Source: a virus
Lineage: Duplodnaviria; Heunggongvirae; Uroviricota; Caudoviricetes
Direction: 5' to 3' (one strand)
Length of the DNA stretch: 18,265 nt
Virus record (IMG/VR): IMGVR_UViG_2541047922_000008
The notes under the pieces are model-generated. The model had not been told where the DNA came from. It saw nothing but the letters and a program-made list of their open reading frames with translations, and made no database searches. The translations under genes were made by a program, and so were the position numbers. This document shows, one piece after another, positions 9,031 through 16,124 of this stretch (positions are counted from its first letter, which is position 1; each line of letters begins with the position of its first letter).

Positions 9031-9447
9031 TTAGCCTCCGACTCTTCCGTAGTGCTGTTCTGGTGGATTCACATAGCCCCTTTCTTGCAGGTATTCGCGA
9101 ATATCAGACATCAGGAGACGGTTAACCGTGCTCTTGTCTTTTCTCCGGTAAAGGCGTCTGGTGATCATGAAGTAGTTAGCAATGATCTCCGGTATATCCC
9201 TGACGCTGATACATGCTGTATGCTGGTCAATAGCTTCAATCATCTCTTCACGAGTTACAAAAGTCTGGCGTAAACGAGTGATCACACCATGTACATCTGA
9301 ATGATCATTTATACGCTTATTTTGGCGCTTCGCGCTCTCGACTGTGACACTGACAACAATGTCAACTCTTTGTTTTTCCGCAATTTCATCCACAATGTGA
9401 TCACCTGCACGGCGACCATGTGCGTGATCATTTCTTACTATTTCCAT
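9031..9447 (-). CDS. hypothetical protein (138 aa)
   Basis: ORF overlapping the ProQ/FinO gene stop by 20 nt, consistent with co-transcription. No motif recognised. Confidence 0.5.
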   Translation of the reverse strand: MEIVRNDHAHGRRAGDHIVDEIAEKQRVDIVVSVTVESAKRQNKRINDHSDVHGVITRLRQTFVTREEMIEAIDQHTACISVRDIPEIIANYFMITRRLYRRKDKSTVNRLLMSDIREYLQERGYVNPPEQHYGRVGG

Positions 9448-9925
9448 TCATCTCCTCCAGTAGTTTTCCTGCGTGCGTCTGTTGTAGTGGTGTTACCTCG
9501 CCGCACGGCTGGCCTTTCAGGTCGTAACGCGCGCCACCAGCTACCAGGGCGCGGTAATAGCGCGGAGTCTGCACATAACGCGCCAGCGTTGCGCGTAGTG
9601 TTCCCTGTCCGAGTGAAATACCTCTCGCGGCAATATCCTGTATCAGGTCGTCAAATATCCCCACCTTAAGCGGCTTAGGTGATTCCGGGCTGAATAATTC
9701 AGGCCATAGCTCAATAAGACGGTTAACGCGTCTGCGGTTTTTACGCTGCTGTTTGGTCATACGCCGCCGCGGTGTTGCTCCTGTGAGCTTCTGCTGTGTG
9801 TTCTGGTTATCTGGCATCACTTTATGCGCCGATGTGGTTTTATTCTGCTGCTGCGCCGCCTGTGCTGTTTTCTGCGGCGTGCCGTAAATGCCCTTCGGTT
9901 TTCTGTTTATGGTCAGCTTTGTCAT
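9428..9925 (-). CDS. ProQ/FinO-domain RNA-binding protein
   Basis: [18 protein letters not shown] ... [49 protein letters not shown] tracks the ProQ N-terminal domain (PLKIGIFQDL ... LRSALRLYTSSWRYLYG ... RVDLDGNPCGEL ... ARKQLEE). Confidence 0.85.
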   Translation of the reverse strand: MTKLTINRKPKGIYGTPQKTAQAAQQQNKTTSAHKVMPDNQNTQQKLTGATPRRRMTKQQRKNRRRVNRLIELWPELFSPESPKPLKVGIFDDLIQDIAARGISLGQGTLRATLARYVQTPRYYRALVAGGARYDLKGQPCGEVTPLQQTHAGKLLEEMNGNSKK

Positions 9926-9961
9926 GCCTTCCCCTGTAATTACTCTGTTCGCTGTTGTGAA

Positions 9962-10387
9962 TTAAAACGGTATCCCGTCCCCGTACGGATCATCGTGCTG
10001 GCCTGTCTGTTGCTTTGCCCTGTTCAGTGCATCAGTAGCCTGCCCCTGCTGGCCTTTTTTGCCGCCCGGTCGCGCCGTTCGCGCACTGATTACGCTGTCT
10101 GCGATAACCTGCCATCCCTGCCTCGTTTCGCCGTTCTGGCCCGTCCACCGGCTCACCTGCATGTTACCGGCCACGCTTACCAGTTCGCCTTTGTGGTGTT
10201 TTGCCAGTGCGTCAGCCTGTCTGCCAAACGCCAGGACGGATAACCACATCGTCGCCGTTCCGTCATCTGCCTGATTGCATGGAAGGGGGACCGCCATACT
10301 CGCCATCGCCATTTGTGTGCCCTTGCTGGTGGTCTTTAACTGCGGGTCAGCCACCAGCCGCCCGTAAGCTGATATTTGCGCCGTCAT
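9962..10387 (-). CDS. ssb: single-stranded DNA-binding protein (SSB-like OB fold with acidic C-terminal tip)
   Basis: Residue pattern (GRLVADPQL ... TMWLSVLAFGRQADALA ... GELVSVAGNMQVSRWTGQNG) parallels E. coli SSB. C-terminal DDPYGDGIPF resembles the SSB DDDIPF tail. GGAGAA Shine-Dalgarno upstream. Confidence 0.8.
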   Translation of the reverse strand: MTAQISAYGRLVADPQLKTTSKGTQMAMASMAVPLPCNQADDGTATMWLSVLAFGRQADALAKHHKGELVSVAGNMQVSRWTGQNGETRQGWQVIADSVISARTARPGGKKGQQGQATDALNRAKQQTGQHDDPYGDGIPF

Positions 10388-10446
10388 GCTGTTTGTTCTC
10401 CGGTTTTAACGTGATAGTTACGCTTGTTTACACTCTTACAGTGAAA

Positions 10447-10574
10447 TTTTGCGGGTTACAATCGCACATTTGCGGGTTATAACTGCCGTTTTGCGGGTTA
10501 CGTGCGGGTTATTGATTTCCTTTTTAATCATGCAGTTAATTAACTTATACACAGGATAACCCGCATAACCCGCA
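10447..10574. repeat. iteron cluster, putative origin of replication
   Basis: Four direct copies of TTTGCGGGTTA at 10447, 10468, 10488 and 10502 (spacing about 21, 21, 11 bp). Two inverted copies TAACCCGCA at 10557-10565 and 10566-10574. An AT-rich spacer lies between them. Located between the primase stop and the ssb start. Confidence 0.6.
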
Positions 10575-10597
10575 ACTTTTTACCTCACACAGGGAAG

Positions 10598-12724
10598 TTA
10601 ATCTTCTGCTTCAGGCTGGAACATCAGCACGTAAAAAATATGCTGCTTCCCGCCAATCCTGCCGAGCGCCTTTTTCTTGTAACGGCGGTCGCCTCCCGCT
10701 TCCAGCATTCCGGCAGCACTCAACGCGCGGGCAAAGTGAGACGGATTAAATCCCTGTGCTATCTCACCCTCAAACACATGCGGGAACGTGTAAAAACGGA
10801 ACTCGTCATCTTCGTTTCTGATACTCCCCTTTCTGTATCCGGCAAGGTCTTTAATCGGTAAATCACGCTCGTCGCTGTTTGGATAGGGAAGGTATCGACT
10901 GAACCCGAACGACGACAAAAACGCCTCAGCCTGTTCAACCATCTGTTTAAATTCCCTGTTGCCCGTGCCGAATTCCTTCACCCAGGCATTAAAGTTATGC
11001 TGAACTGCATCACGGCACGCCTGAACATCCCAGCCTGTAACATGACCGGAAAGCACAAGCGCGGCCTCCAGTACGGCGAATCTTTCCCCCACACGGTGAA
11101 CCTGCTCGCCGTAGCTCTCCGGTATCAGGTTGCGCCACCGCTCGCGACATGCCCTTACCGCGTCCTTTGCCTCCTGCTGGTGGCCTGCCAGCCATTTAAC
11201 CCACTCACGACCTGCCGCCCCGTGATTTTCTGTCCAGGCATCTTTTAACGCGTCTGCGTGCGCCTTTCCGGTGCTGTATTCGTGAAACTGCGAGGCCTTT
11301 TCCATCGGTACGTTAAGCAGACGGACAAGCTGCCCCGCTTTAATTTTTATCCCTTCCGTTTTGAGGAATGTTTCAACGTCCATTTCTCCGGTGCTGATTG
11401 CCACCGTGCGCCAGTGTTTTATCTCCCTGTTGCCGCCGTCCTTCGCCCCCTGTAATTTCCCGGAACCGTTAAACAGCGTATAGGCTGACGTGGACACCTC
11501 CCGTGCGTTTCCGGCCTGGCCTATTTCATCCAGGGGTAACAGCCCGTCATTATGTGCTTCGGCCTCGTTGGCGATACCTAACGCCGTTCCGTACCAGGTC
11601 AGCCGTTGCGCGTCCGGCTCTCCCCATAAACTTGATGCAATGTTCTGTGTGGTGGTTTTACCTGCTGATGATTGCTCAAAAAGATGAACCCCGAAGCCGT
11701 CAGCACCCACCAGCCCGATTAATGGTGCAGATAGCGATACCGCCACACCCAGCATCATGGACGGATTACCACCAGCCAGCCGTGCCACGGTATCGCGCCA
11801 GCCCTCCGCTGTTCCCGCCACGGAATAGCCATTAACAGCGGCAGTTTTTCCGGTAAACAGGATGGGTTTCTCTGATTCACCAATGACCGAACCGTCCGGC
11901 ATGATGTACGCACCAAAATGCCACCCCGTTGTTGTGCTTAACTGCCATTCCTCATGGTTTCCGCTTAACTGCATCCAGTCAGCCAGGATAGCCCTGTATT
12001 TGCCGTTGGTCGTCACGTTAAGGCCGTGGTCTTTCAGCAACCGCCAGCCGTCACGGTCACCAATGCCTCCGCACGGGACCGCCATTGTAATGACCTCATG
12101 GTTTGCTGGTTTTTTCCAGCGCATTACGCGGTAATGCTCTTTTCCGATTGTTCCTGTTCCCAGTAGTTCAAGCGGAGAACATAACCACGTCTCAGGCCGG
12201 ATAATTTCGCCTGACTGCTTGTCCACTTTGGGCGTTACCCAGAAAACACCATCGACGCGACTTTCAACACGAGGCTTTAATTCGTCATCATAATTTCCGG
12301 TGAAATTTGTCTTCGCCGGAAGGTTGATCACCAGACTGTTACCGTGTTCCGCATCATCCTTCAGTCCAGCCATGCGCGGTGTCCAGTCCTCCGGCTGCTG
12401 ATCAACAAAGCTGCGGTAGCAACGCGCCTCCTTCACACCCGCCACTGCAAGCAGTGTCGCTATCTGTGTAAGGTGCTGCTCTGATATTTCACCAGCACGA
12501 TAAACGCGCACGTAATAGCGCCCTTTGTCGATGATTTGCGTGTCTGCCAGACTCGCCAGTTGTTCCGGTCCAAGAATAACTGGATGTGTATCATCTGCCG
12601 CAATATGCTTTCCGGCCCATTCGCTCCACTCTTTCGCATGTGCCCAGGCATCACTACCCGCAAAGATAATCACCTCCGTCATTTTGTCTTTCGGCTGGTG
12701 CTTTAAATTCGGTGCGCGTTTCAT
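10598..12724 (-). CDS. replication primase/helicase-type protein (P4 alpha-like or DUF927-like P-loop NTPase)
   Basis: 708-aa ORF. Walker A-like FEQSSAGKTTTQ and Walker B-like LLPLDEIG. Position immediately upstream of the iteron cluster. ATGA overlap with the upstream 100-aa gene. Confidence 0.8.
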   Translation of the reverse strand: MKRAPNLKHQPKDKMTEVIIFAGSDAWAHAKEWSEWAGKHIAADDTHPVILGPEQLASLADTQIIDKGRYYVRVYRAGEISEQHLTQIATLLAVAGVKEARCYRSFVDQQPEDWTPRMAGLKDDAEHGNSLVINLPAKTNFTGNYDDELKPRVESRVDGVFWVTPKVDKQSGEIIRPETWLCSPLELLGTGTIGKEHYRVMRWKKPANHEVITMAVPCGGIGDRDGWRLLKDHGLNVTTNGKYRAILADWMQLSGNHEEWQLSTTTGWHFGAYIMPDGSVIGESEKPILFTGKTAAVNGYSVAGTAEGWRDTVARLAGGNPSMMLGVAVSLSAPLIGLVGADGFGVHLFEQSSAGKTTTQNIASSLWGEPDAQRLTWYGTALGIANEAEAHNDGLLPLDEIGQAGNAREVSTSAYTLFNGSGKLQGAKDGGNREIKHWRTVAISTGEMDVETFLKTEGIKIKAGQLVRLLNVPMEKASQFHEYSTGKAHADALKDAWTENHGAAGREWVKWLAGHQQEAKDAVRACRERWRNLIPESYGEQVHRVGERFAVLEAALVLSGHVTGWDVQACRDAVQHNFNAWVKEFGTGNREFKQMVEQAEAFLSSFGFSRYLPYPNSDERDLPIKDLAGYRKGSIRNEDDEFRFYTFPHVFEGEIAQGFNPSHFARALSAAGMLEAGGDRRYKKKALGRIGGKQHIFYVLMFQPEAED

Positions 12725-13023
12725 TTCTTGCCCCTGAATGCGTTAATCATGTTCTTTATTACCTGAATATTTGCCTGTGCTTTCTCTTTACTGGTGGGCT
12801 TACTGCGTGGTACTGCACATACCAGTGAAAAATCACGCCGGAACTGATGAACGGGCATCACACAGTCATAGTCGTACCCTGCGCGGCGGTATGTAATGTG
12901 CCGTTCATACACGGAATTAATAACCACGCTGTCGCCATATTTATCCCGGAAAATATCCCCGATCCTGATTTTCGGGCGAGTCTGTCCGCTGGCATTTAAG
13001 CCAGTAAATTTAATCTTCTTCAT
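12721..13023 (-). CDS. hypothetical protein (100 aa)
   Basis: ORF translationally coupled to the primase gene (4-nt overlap). No motif recognised. Confidence 0.55.
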   Translation of the reverse strand: MKKIKFTGLNASGQTRPKIRIGDIFRDKYGDSVVINSVYERHITYRRAGYDYDCVMPVHQFRRDFSLVCAVPRSKPTSKEKAQANIQVIKNMINAFRGKK

Positions 13024-13025
13024 GT

Positions 13026-13283
13026 TTATTTCCCGGTATGGGGTTCTTCTTTATATTTATGGGCTAACAAATCTGGTAATTGCCTGTATTTATCCTCGGC
13101 AATATATTCAGAATAATCGACAGCACTGTTCAGTATATCTAACGCCGTTTCATGCTCCAGATTCGAAACTATAAGGAACGTTGCTACTTTTAGCATATTC
13201 GCGATATGCAAAAGAGCATCAATTTCATTTTTTGGCGCTTCACTGAATTTTTGCTCCAGAAGAATAAATCGTTCATCACGCAT
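13026..13283 (-). CDS. hypothetical protein (85 aa), AT-rich
   Basis: ORF 2 nt upstream of the 100-aa gene. Markedly AT-rich relative to neighbours. Confidence 0.5.
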   Translation of the reverse strand: MRDERFILLEQKFSEAPKNEIDALLHIANMLKVATFLIVSNLEHETALDILNSAVDYSEYIAEDKYRQLPDLLAHKYKEEPHTGK

Positions 13284-13479
13284 AGTATTCCCCCTGACGG
13301 ATGCGGGCAGTAAATACCATCACGCAGCCAGTCGGGGATTGCTGACGGGCTTCCTGTTCGCTGGCGGCCTCGATGTGTATTACGCGTGGTTGTGCGGTGC
13401 TCAGGGCGATAAAACGCCAGATGTATTTATTCAGGTTGTGCGAGTCCCGCCCTTGCGGGTGTGTGGTATGATTTAACAT
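13276..13479 (-). CDS. hypothetical small protein (67 aa), first gene of the leftward replication operon
   Basis: ATG at 13479 preceded by GAGGTAG. It is the 3' part of the 396-aa track ORF, whose upstream part runs through the operator palindromes and antisense to two better-supported plus-strand genes. Confidence 0.35.
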   Translation of the reverse strand: MLNHTTHPQGRDSHNLNKYIWRFIALSTAQPRVIHIEAASEQEARQQSPTGCVMVFTARIRQGEYYA

Positions 13480-13576
13480 AGCTACCTCGATACGCTTTCT
13501 ATCGTTGGTGGTTAGACGCCCTGCATGTGTTGCGAGCACTGCGGGGCGTTGCTTAATTTGAGCAATGCAACCCAAA

Positions 13577-13616
13577 CTGTGCGCACAGATTAAAATCATG
13601 TGTGCGCACATGTCAA
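13577..13616 (-). promoter_or_regulatory. leftward promoter with palindromic operators
   Basis: Perfect -35 TTGACA on the minus strand (13611-13616). It overlaps the perfect 16-bp palindrome CATGTGTGCGCACATG (13597-13612). A perfect 12-bp palindrome CTGTGCGCACAG (13577-13588) lies at the expected transcription start. A half-site TTGTGTGCGCC sits near 13645-13657. The -10 hexamer is weak (TTAATC). Confidence 0.5.
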
Positions 13617-13684
13617 TACTTAACTTCTCACTTTTTTTGCTGTATTGTGTGCGCCCATCAAATCCATTTAAGTGAGGTGTACCA

Positions 13685-13882
13685 ATGTCTAGCGGAAACA
13701 CAAACAACAAATCAGCAAAGAAAAATATTCGATTCCCGCACGAGCTTATAGATGGGATTGATGCCAGTGTTGAACAAGAAAAATTAACTAATCCTAGTGC
13801 TAATTTTTCCGCATGGGTCTTAGATGCCTGTGGACGCAAATTAAAATATGAACAGCGCCGGAAGGCCAAAGAGCAGGAGTAA
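13685..13882 (+). CDS. small ribbon-helix-helix-like DNA-binding protein (65 aa), candidate repressor
   Basis: GAGGTG Shine-Dalgarno 6 nt upstream. NIRFPHELIDGIDASVEQE fits the Arc/MetJ beta-strand plus helix pattern (R-F-P-x-E-L). Transcribed divergently from the operator-bearing promoter. Confidence 0.55.
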   Translation: MSSGNTNNKSAKKNIRFPHELIDGIDASVEQEKLTNPSANFSAWVLDACGRKLKYEQRRKAKEQE

Positions 13883-13939
13883 CCATCACCAGCGCCGTGG
13901 TGCGGTGAACTGTGGCGCACAGGGTTACAGGTATCTACG

Positions 13940-14137
13940 ATGACTGACAAATCATTAAAGAAATTATCCTCATCCAGGAAAAAACAACGCAAAAATGCGG
14001 TAAGCGAACAAGAACAGGAAAGATTTGCGCCATGTGCGTTTGTCCTTGAGAAGTTCTTAAAAGAGTACAGGCGCACAAAAATGGAATCGCATACCTGGAA
14101 AACATCGCAGTATGGCGATGCTAAAGAGCAGGAATAG
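13940..14137 (+). CDS. small basic protein (65 aa), hypothetical
   Basis: ORF with a weak Shine-Dalgarno. Its last codons and the about 15 nt after the stop repeat the 3' end of the upstream small gene. Confidence 0.4.
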   Translation: MTDKSLKKLSSSRKKQRKNAVSEQEQERFAPCAFVLEKFLKEYRRTKMESHTWKTSQYGDAKEQE

Positions 14138-14227
14138 CCCACCAGCAAGCCAGCACACTGATCACATTGCCCACCAGCCGCAAATCTGGCATTGTTGGCG
14201 ATGCGTTTGATTTCCTTTGTTCCCACT

Positions 14228-14255
14228 GGCGACCTATCCCGGTCGCCTTTGTTTT
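14228..14255 (+). terminator. intrinsic terminator for the plus-strand small-gene transcript
   Basis: GGCGACC-TATCCC-GGTCGCC hairpin (14228-14247) followed by TTTGTTTT. No T-run on the minus strand. Confidence 0.5.
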
Positions 14256-14305
14256 GCCTGTTATCCAGCAACGGGGCGCTTTTTCTTTCTGTAACGTTCG
14301 GATCG

Positions 14306-14863
14306 TTACACATTGCTTTCACCCTCCAGAAAATCAGGCTGATATTTACGCCATAGCGCCCGCTCTTCTCGTTCCAGTGCATCTTTTGCCTCTTTGCATT
14401 GCTGTAACCTGTAACCGCGTTTGCTGGCTTCCTGTTGATATGCAGCCTGACGTTTACTGAAATCATTCAGCATGGCAAACGGAACACCATAACCCCCCGT
14501 TTTGCGGATTGAAGGAATCACCTCGCGGAATACCCAGTTACTGAAACGGTGCGCAAATGTGCCTGGTGTGGAAGCTTTACGGCTGCGGGCGATCAGTTTG
14601 TAGAAACCTGATTCAGAGACAACATTCCAGCTTCTGGCACCACCACGCTTACCGGAATGACCCTCGGTTAAAGCTAGGGTCATTACCTCATCGTTATCCA
14701 GAACTGAAACGGCATCAGTAACATTGCTGATTTCCAGCGCGGCACACACATCAGCGCCAACAAACCACGGCTCGCCGTTGATACTCACTATGCGCACCTG
14801 AATGTCATCGAATTTAATGACAGAGATTTCAGTGCGACCAGCATAAAAGACAGGTTTACGCAT
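14306..14863 (-). CDS. Bro-N domain protein (phage antirepressor family)
   Basis: VIKFDDIQVRIVSINGEPWFVGADVCAALEI matches the Bro-N signature. 8-nt overlap with the upstream gene. Confidence 0.8.
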   Translation of the reverse strand: MRKPVFYAGRTEISVIKFDDIQVRIVSINGEPWFVGADVCAALEISNVTDAVSVLDNDEVMTLALTEGHSGKRGGARSWNVVSESGFYKLIARSRKASTPGTFAHRFSNWVFREVIPSIRKTGGYGVPFAMLNDFSKRQAAYQQEASKRGYRLQQCKEAKDALEREERALWRKYQPDFLEGESNV

Positions 14864-15656
14864 GGCTGCTCACCTCCATGCGGCGGGCTAACCAGCGTTG
14901 CGAAAGGCGAATTAATTCAGCTTTCCGCTGGTGGTAGTCCAGGCCTAACTCAATCAGCGTGATATTGCTCTGCTCAAGGTAAGAAAGGTGCTCAAGCTGC
15001 AACACGCTCATGTGGTCGCGTGGTTCACCTGTGATGCCGTTCGCCTGCGCCCACTGTTTTGCAGTCATGCCACCCAGCACGATACGCGCCAGCATATTAG
15101 CTTCCGTAGTGTAGTGGTGCTGGAGCGTGTTTTTACCCAGTTCAGCCCGGTACGCCTCCAGCGCGGCACACATTGGCTTAAAGTAGCTGGCTACGGTGAT
15201 ACGGGCTTTCAGTTCCCGGCGTAACGCTGCGGAACGTACAGGCGCTACCTTGTGTAGCTCCTCCTCGCATTTGATGAAGTACTGACGAACGGCGCGGCCC
15301 TGTTCGGTGCGTTCGATCATTGCCAGTTCTTTCGCCATATTCAGGGTGAGTAAGTAATCATGAGCAAGCTGCTGGCGAGATTTTGCGCTCGCCGAATTGG
15401 GTGAGGTCAAATATTTGACGACTTCAAAATCTACTCCCTTTTTAAATCCATACTCCTCAATGCGCCCTTTAATCCAATTGGTGAAATCACGGCCTACCCC
15501 GAGCGCATTATGCAACGTTCTAGCGCTAACAATATTGGTTTCACGCCCGCCAATAACGCCGGAAATAACCGGGATAATTTCGCCAAAATTTTGCAGATTC
15601 TGGTTTTCAGGCCGAACGAAGCCCTGCCCCTGTACGGGCGTTTTTCGCAGTTTCAT
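14856..15656 (-). CDS. AntA/AntB-type phage antirepressor
   Basis: IVSARTLHNALGVGRDFTNWIKGRIEEYGFKKGVDFEV and HDYLLTLNMAKELAMIERTEQGRAVRQYFIKCEEEL match the AntA/AntB antirepressor domain. AGGTG Shine-Dalgarno. Confidence 0.8.
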   Translation of the reverse strand: MKLRKTPVQGQGFVRPENQNLQNFGEIIPVISGVIGGRETNIVSARTLHNALGVGRDFTNWIKGRIEEYGFKKGVDFEVVKYLTSPNSASAKSRQQLAHDYLLTLNMAKELAMIERTEQGRAVRQYFIKCEEELHKVAPVRSAALRRELKARITVASYFKPMCAALEAYRAELGKNTLQHHYTTEANMLARIVLGGMTAKQWAQANGITGEPRDHMSVLQLEHLSYLEQSNITLIELGLDYHQRKAELIRLSQRWLARRMEVSSHA

Positions 15657-15731
15657 AAAAACACCTGCTGTCGAATTAAGTTACTTTTATTTGCTAGTGG
15701 ATAGCTTGGGCAATAACCCGTAGCTATTTAA

Positions 15732-15929
15732 TCAGGCAGCCGTTCCGCGTGATTCGGCAATACGCTGATTGATCCATTCGTCAATTTCACTTTCAACGAA
15801 AGCAATCGCTCGCGAGCCAATTTTAACTGATGCAGGAAATTTACCTTGCCCCATAAGGCGATAAATCCATGCCTTGCTATATCCAGTTCTACGCTGAACT
15901 TCTGTTAAACGAATAAGCGTATTTGACAT
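15732..15929 (-). CDS. alpA: AlpA/Vis-family HTH regulator (excisionase-like)
   Basis: LIRLTEVQRRTGYSKAWIYRLMGQGKFPASVKIGSRAIAFVESEIDEWI is the classic AlpA (Phage_AlpA) pattern. GAGGT Shine-Dalgarno. Confidence 0.85.
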   Translation of the reverse strand: MSNTLIRLTEVQRRTGYSKAWIYRLMGQGKFPASVKIGSRAIAFVESEIDEWINQRIAESRGTAA

Positions 15930-15933
15930 CTAT

Positions 15934-16109
15934 TTACCTCATAACGTCTACTCAATTTGACGAGGTAATCATGGCACAGAAATAACGAATATTTTCATAC
16001 CCTCAGGCCTAATGGTTACCGGAAGGAAATTAACCCTAAGGGTGATGGTAAAATTGACGGGGAAGATAAAAAAAATACCCTCAGGGTAACAGTAAATCAC
16101 CCTCAGGGT
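15934..16109 (-). promoter_or_regulatory. alpA leader: Shine-Dalgarno-sequestering inverted repeat plus phased palindromes
   Basis: Inverted repeat TTACCTC (15934-15940) / GAGGTAA (15962-15968) pairs the alpA Shine-Dalgarno with an upstream anti-SD. Palindrome ACCCTCAGGGT at 16077-16087 and 16099-16109, variant ACCCTAAGGGT at 16033-16043, half-site ACCCTCAGG at 15988-15996. Centre-to-centre spacing 45, 44 and 22 bp. Confidence 0.5.
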
Positions 16110-16124
16110 ATGTGGTATGGTGCG

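Noticed and set aside
10640-12737. Plus-strand ORFs inside the primase gene (for example 11503-11835, 11862-12134)
   Set aside because: Antisense to a motif-supported 708-aa gene; likely spurious.
13441-13466. CCCGC-CCTT-GCGGG hairpin resembling a terminator
   Set aside because: It lies inside the 67-aa coding region and has no adjacent T-tract on either strand.
13276-14466. 396-aa minus-strand ORF from the six-frame track
   Set aside because: It runs antisense through two plus-strand genes that have their own Shine-Dalgarno sequences and a terminator, and through the palindromic operators (which produce its repeated CAH codons). The translation is Cys/Ser-rich and low-complexity. Only the 3' 67 codons (13276-13479) with their own Shine-Dalgarno look like a real gene.
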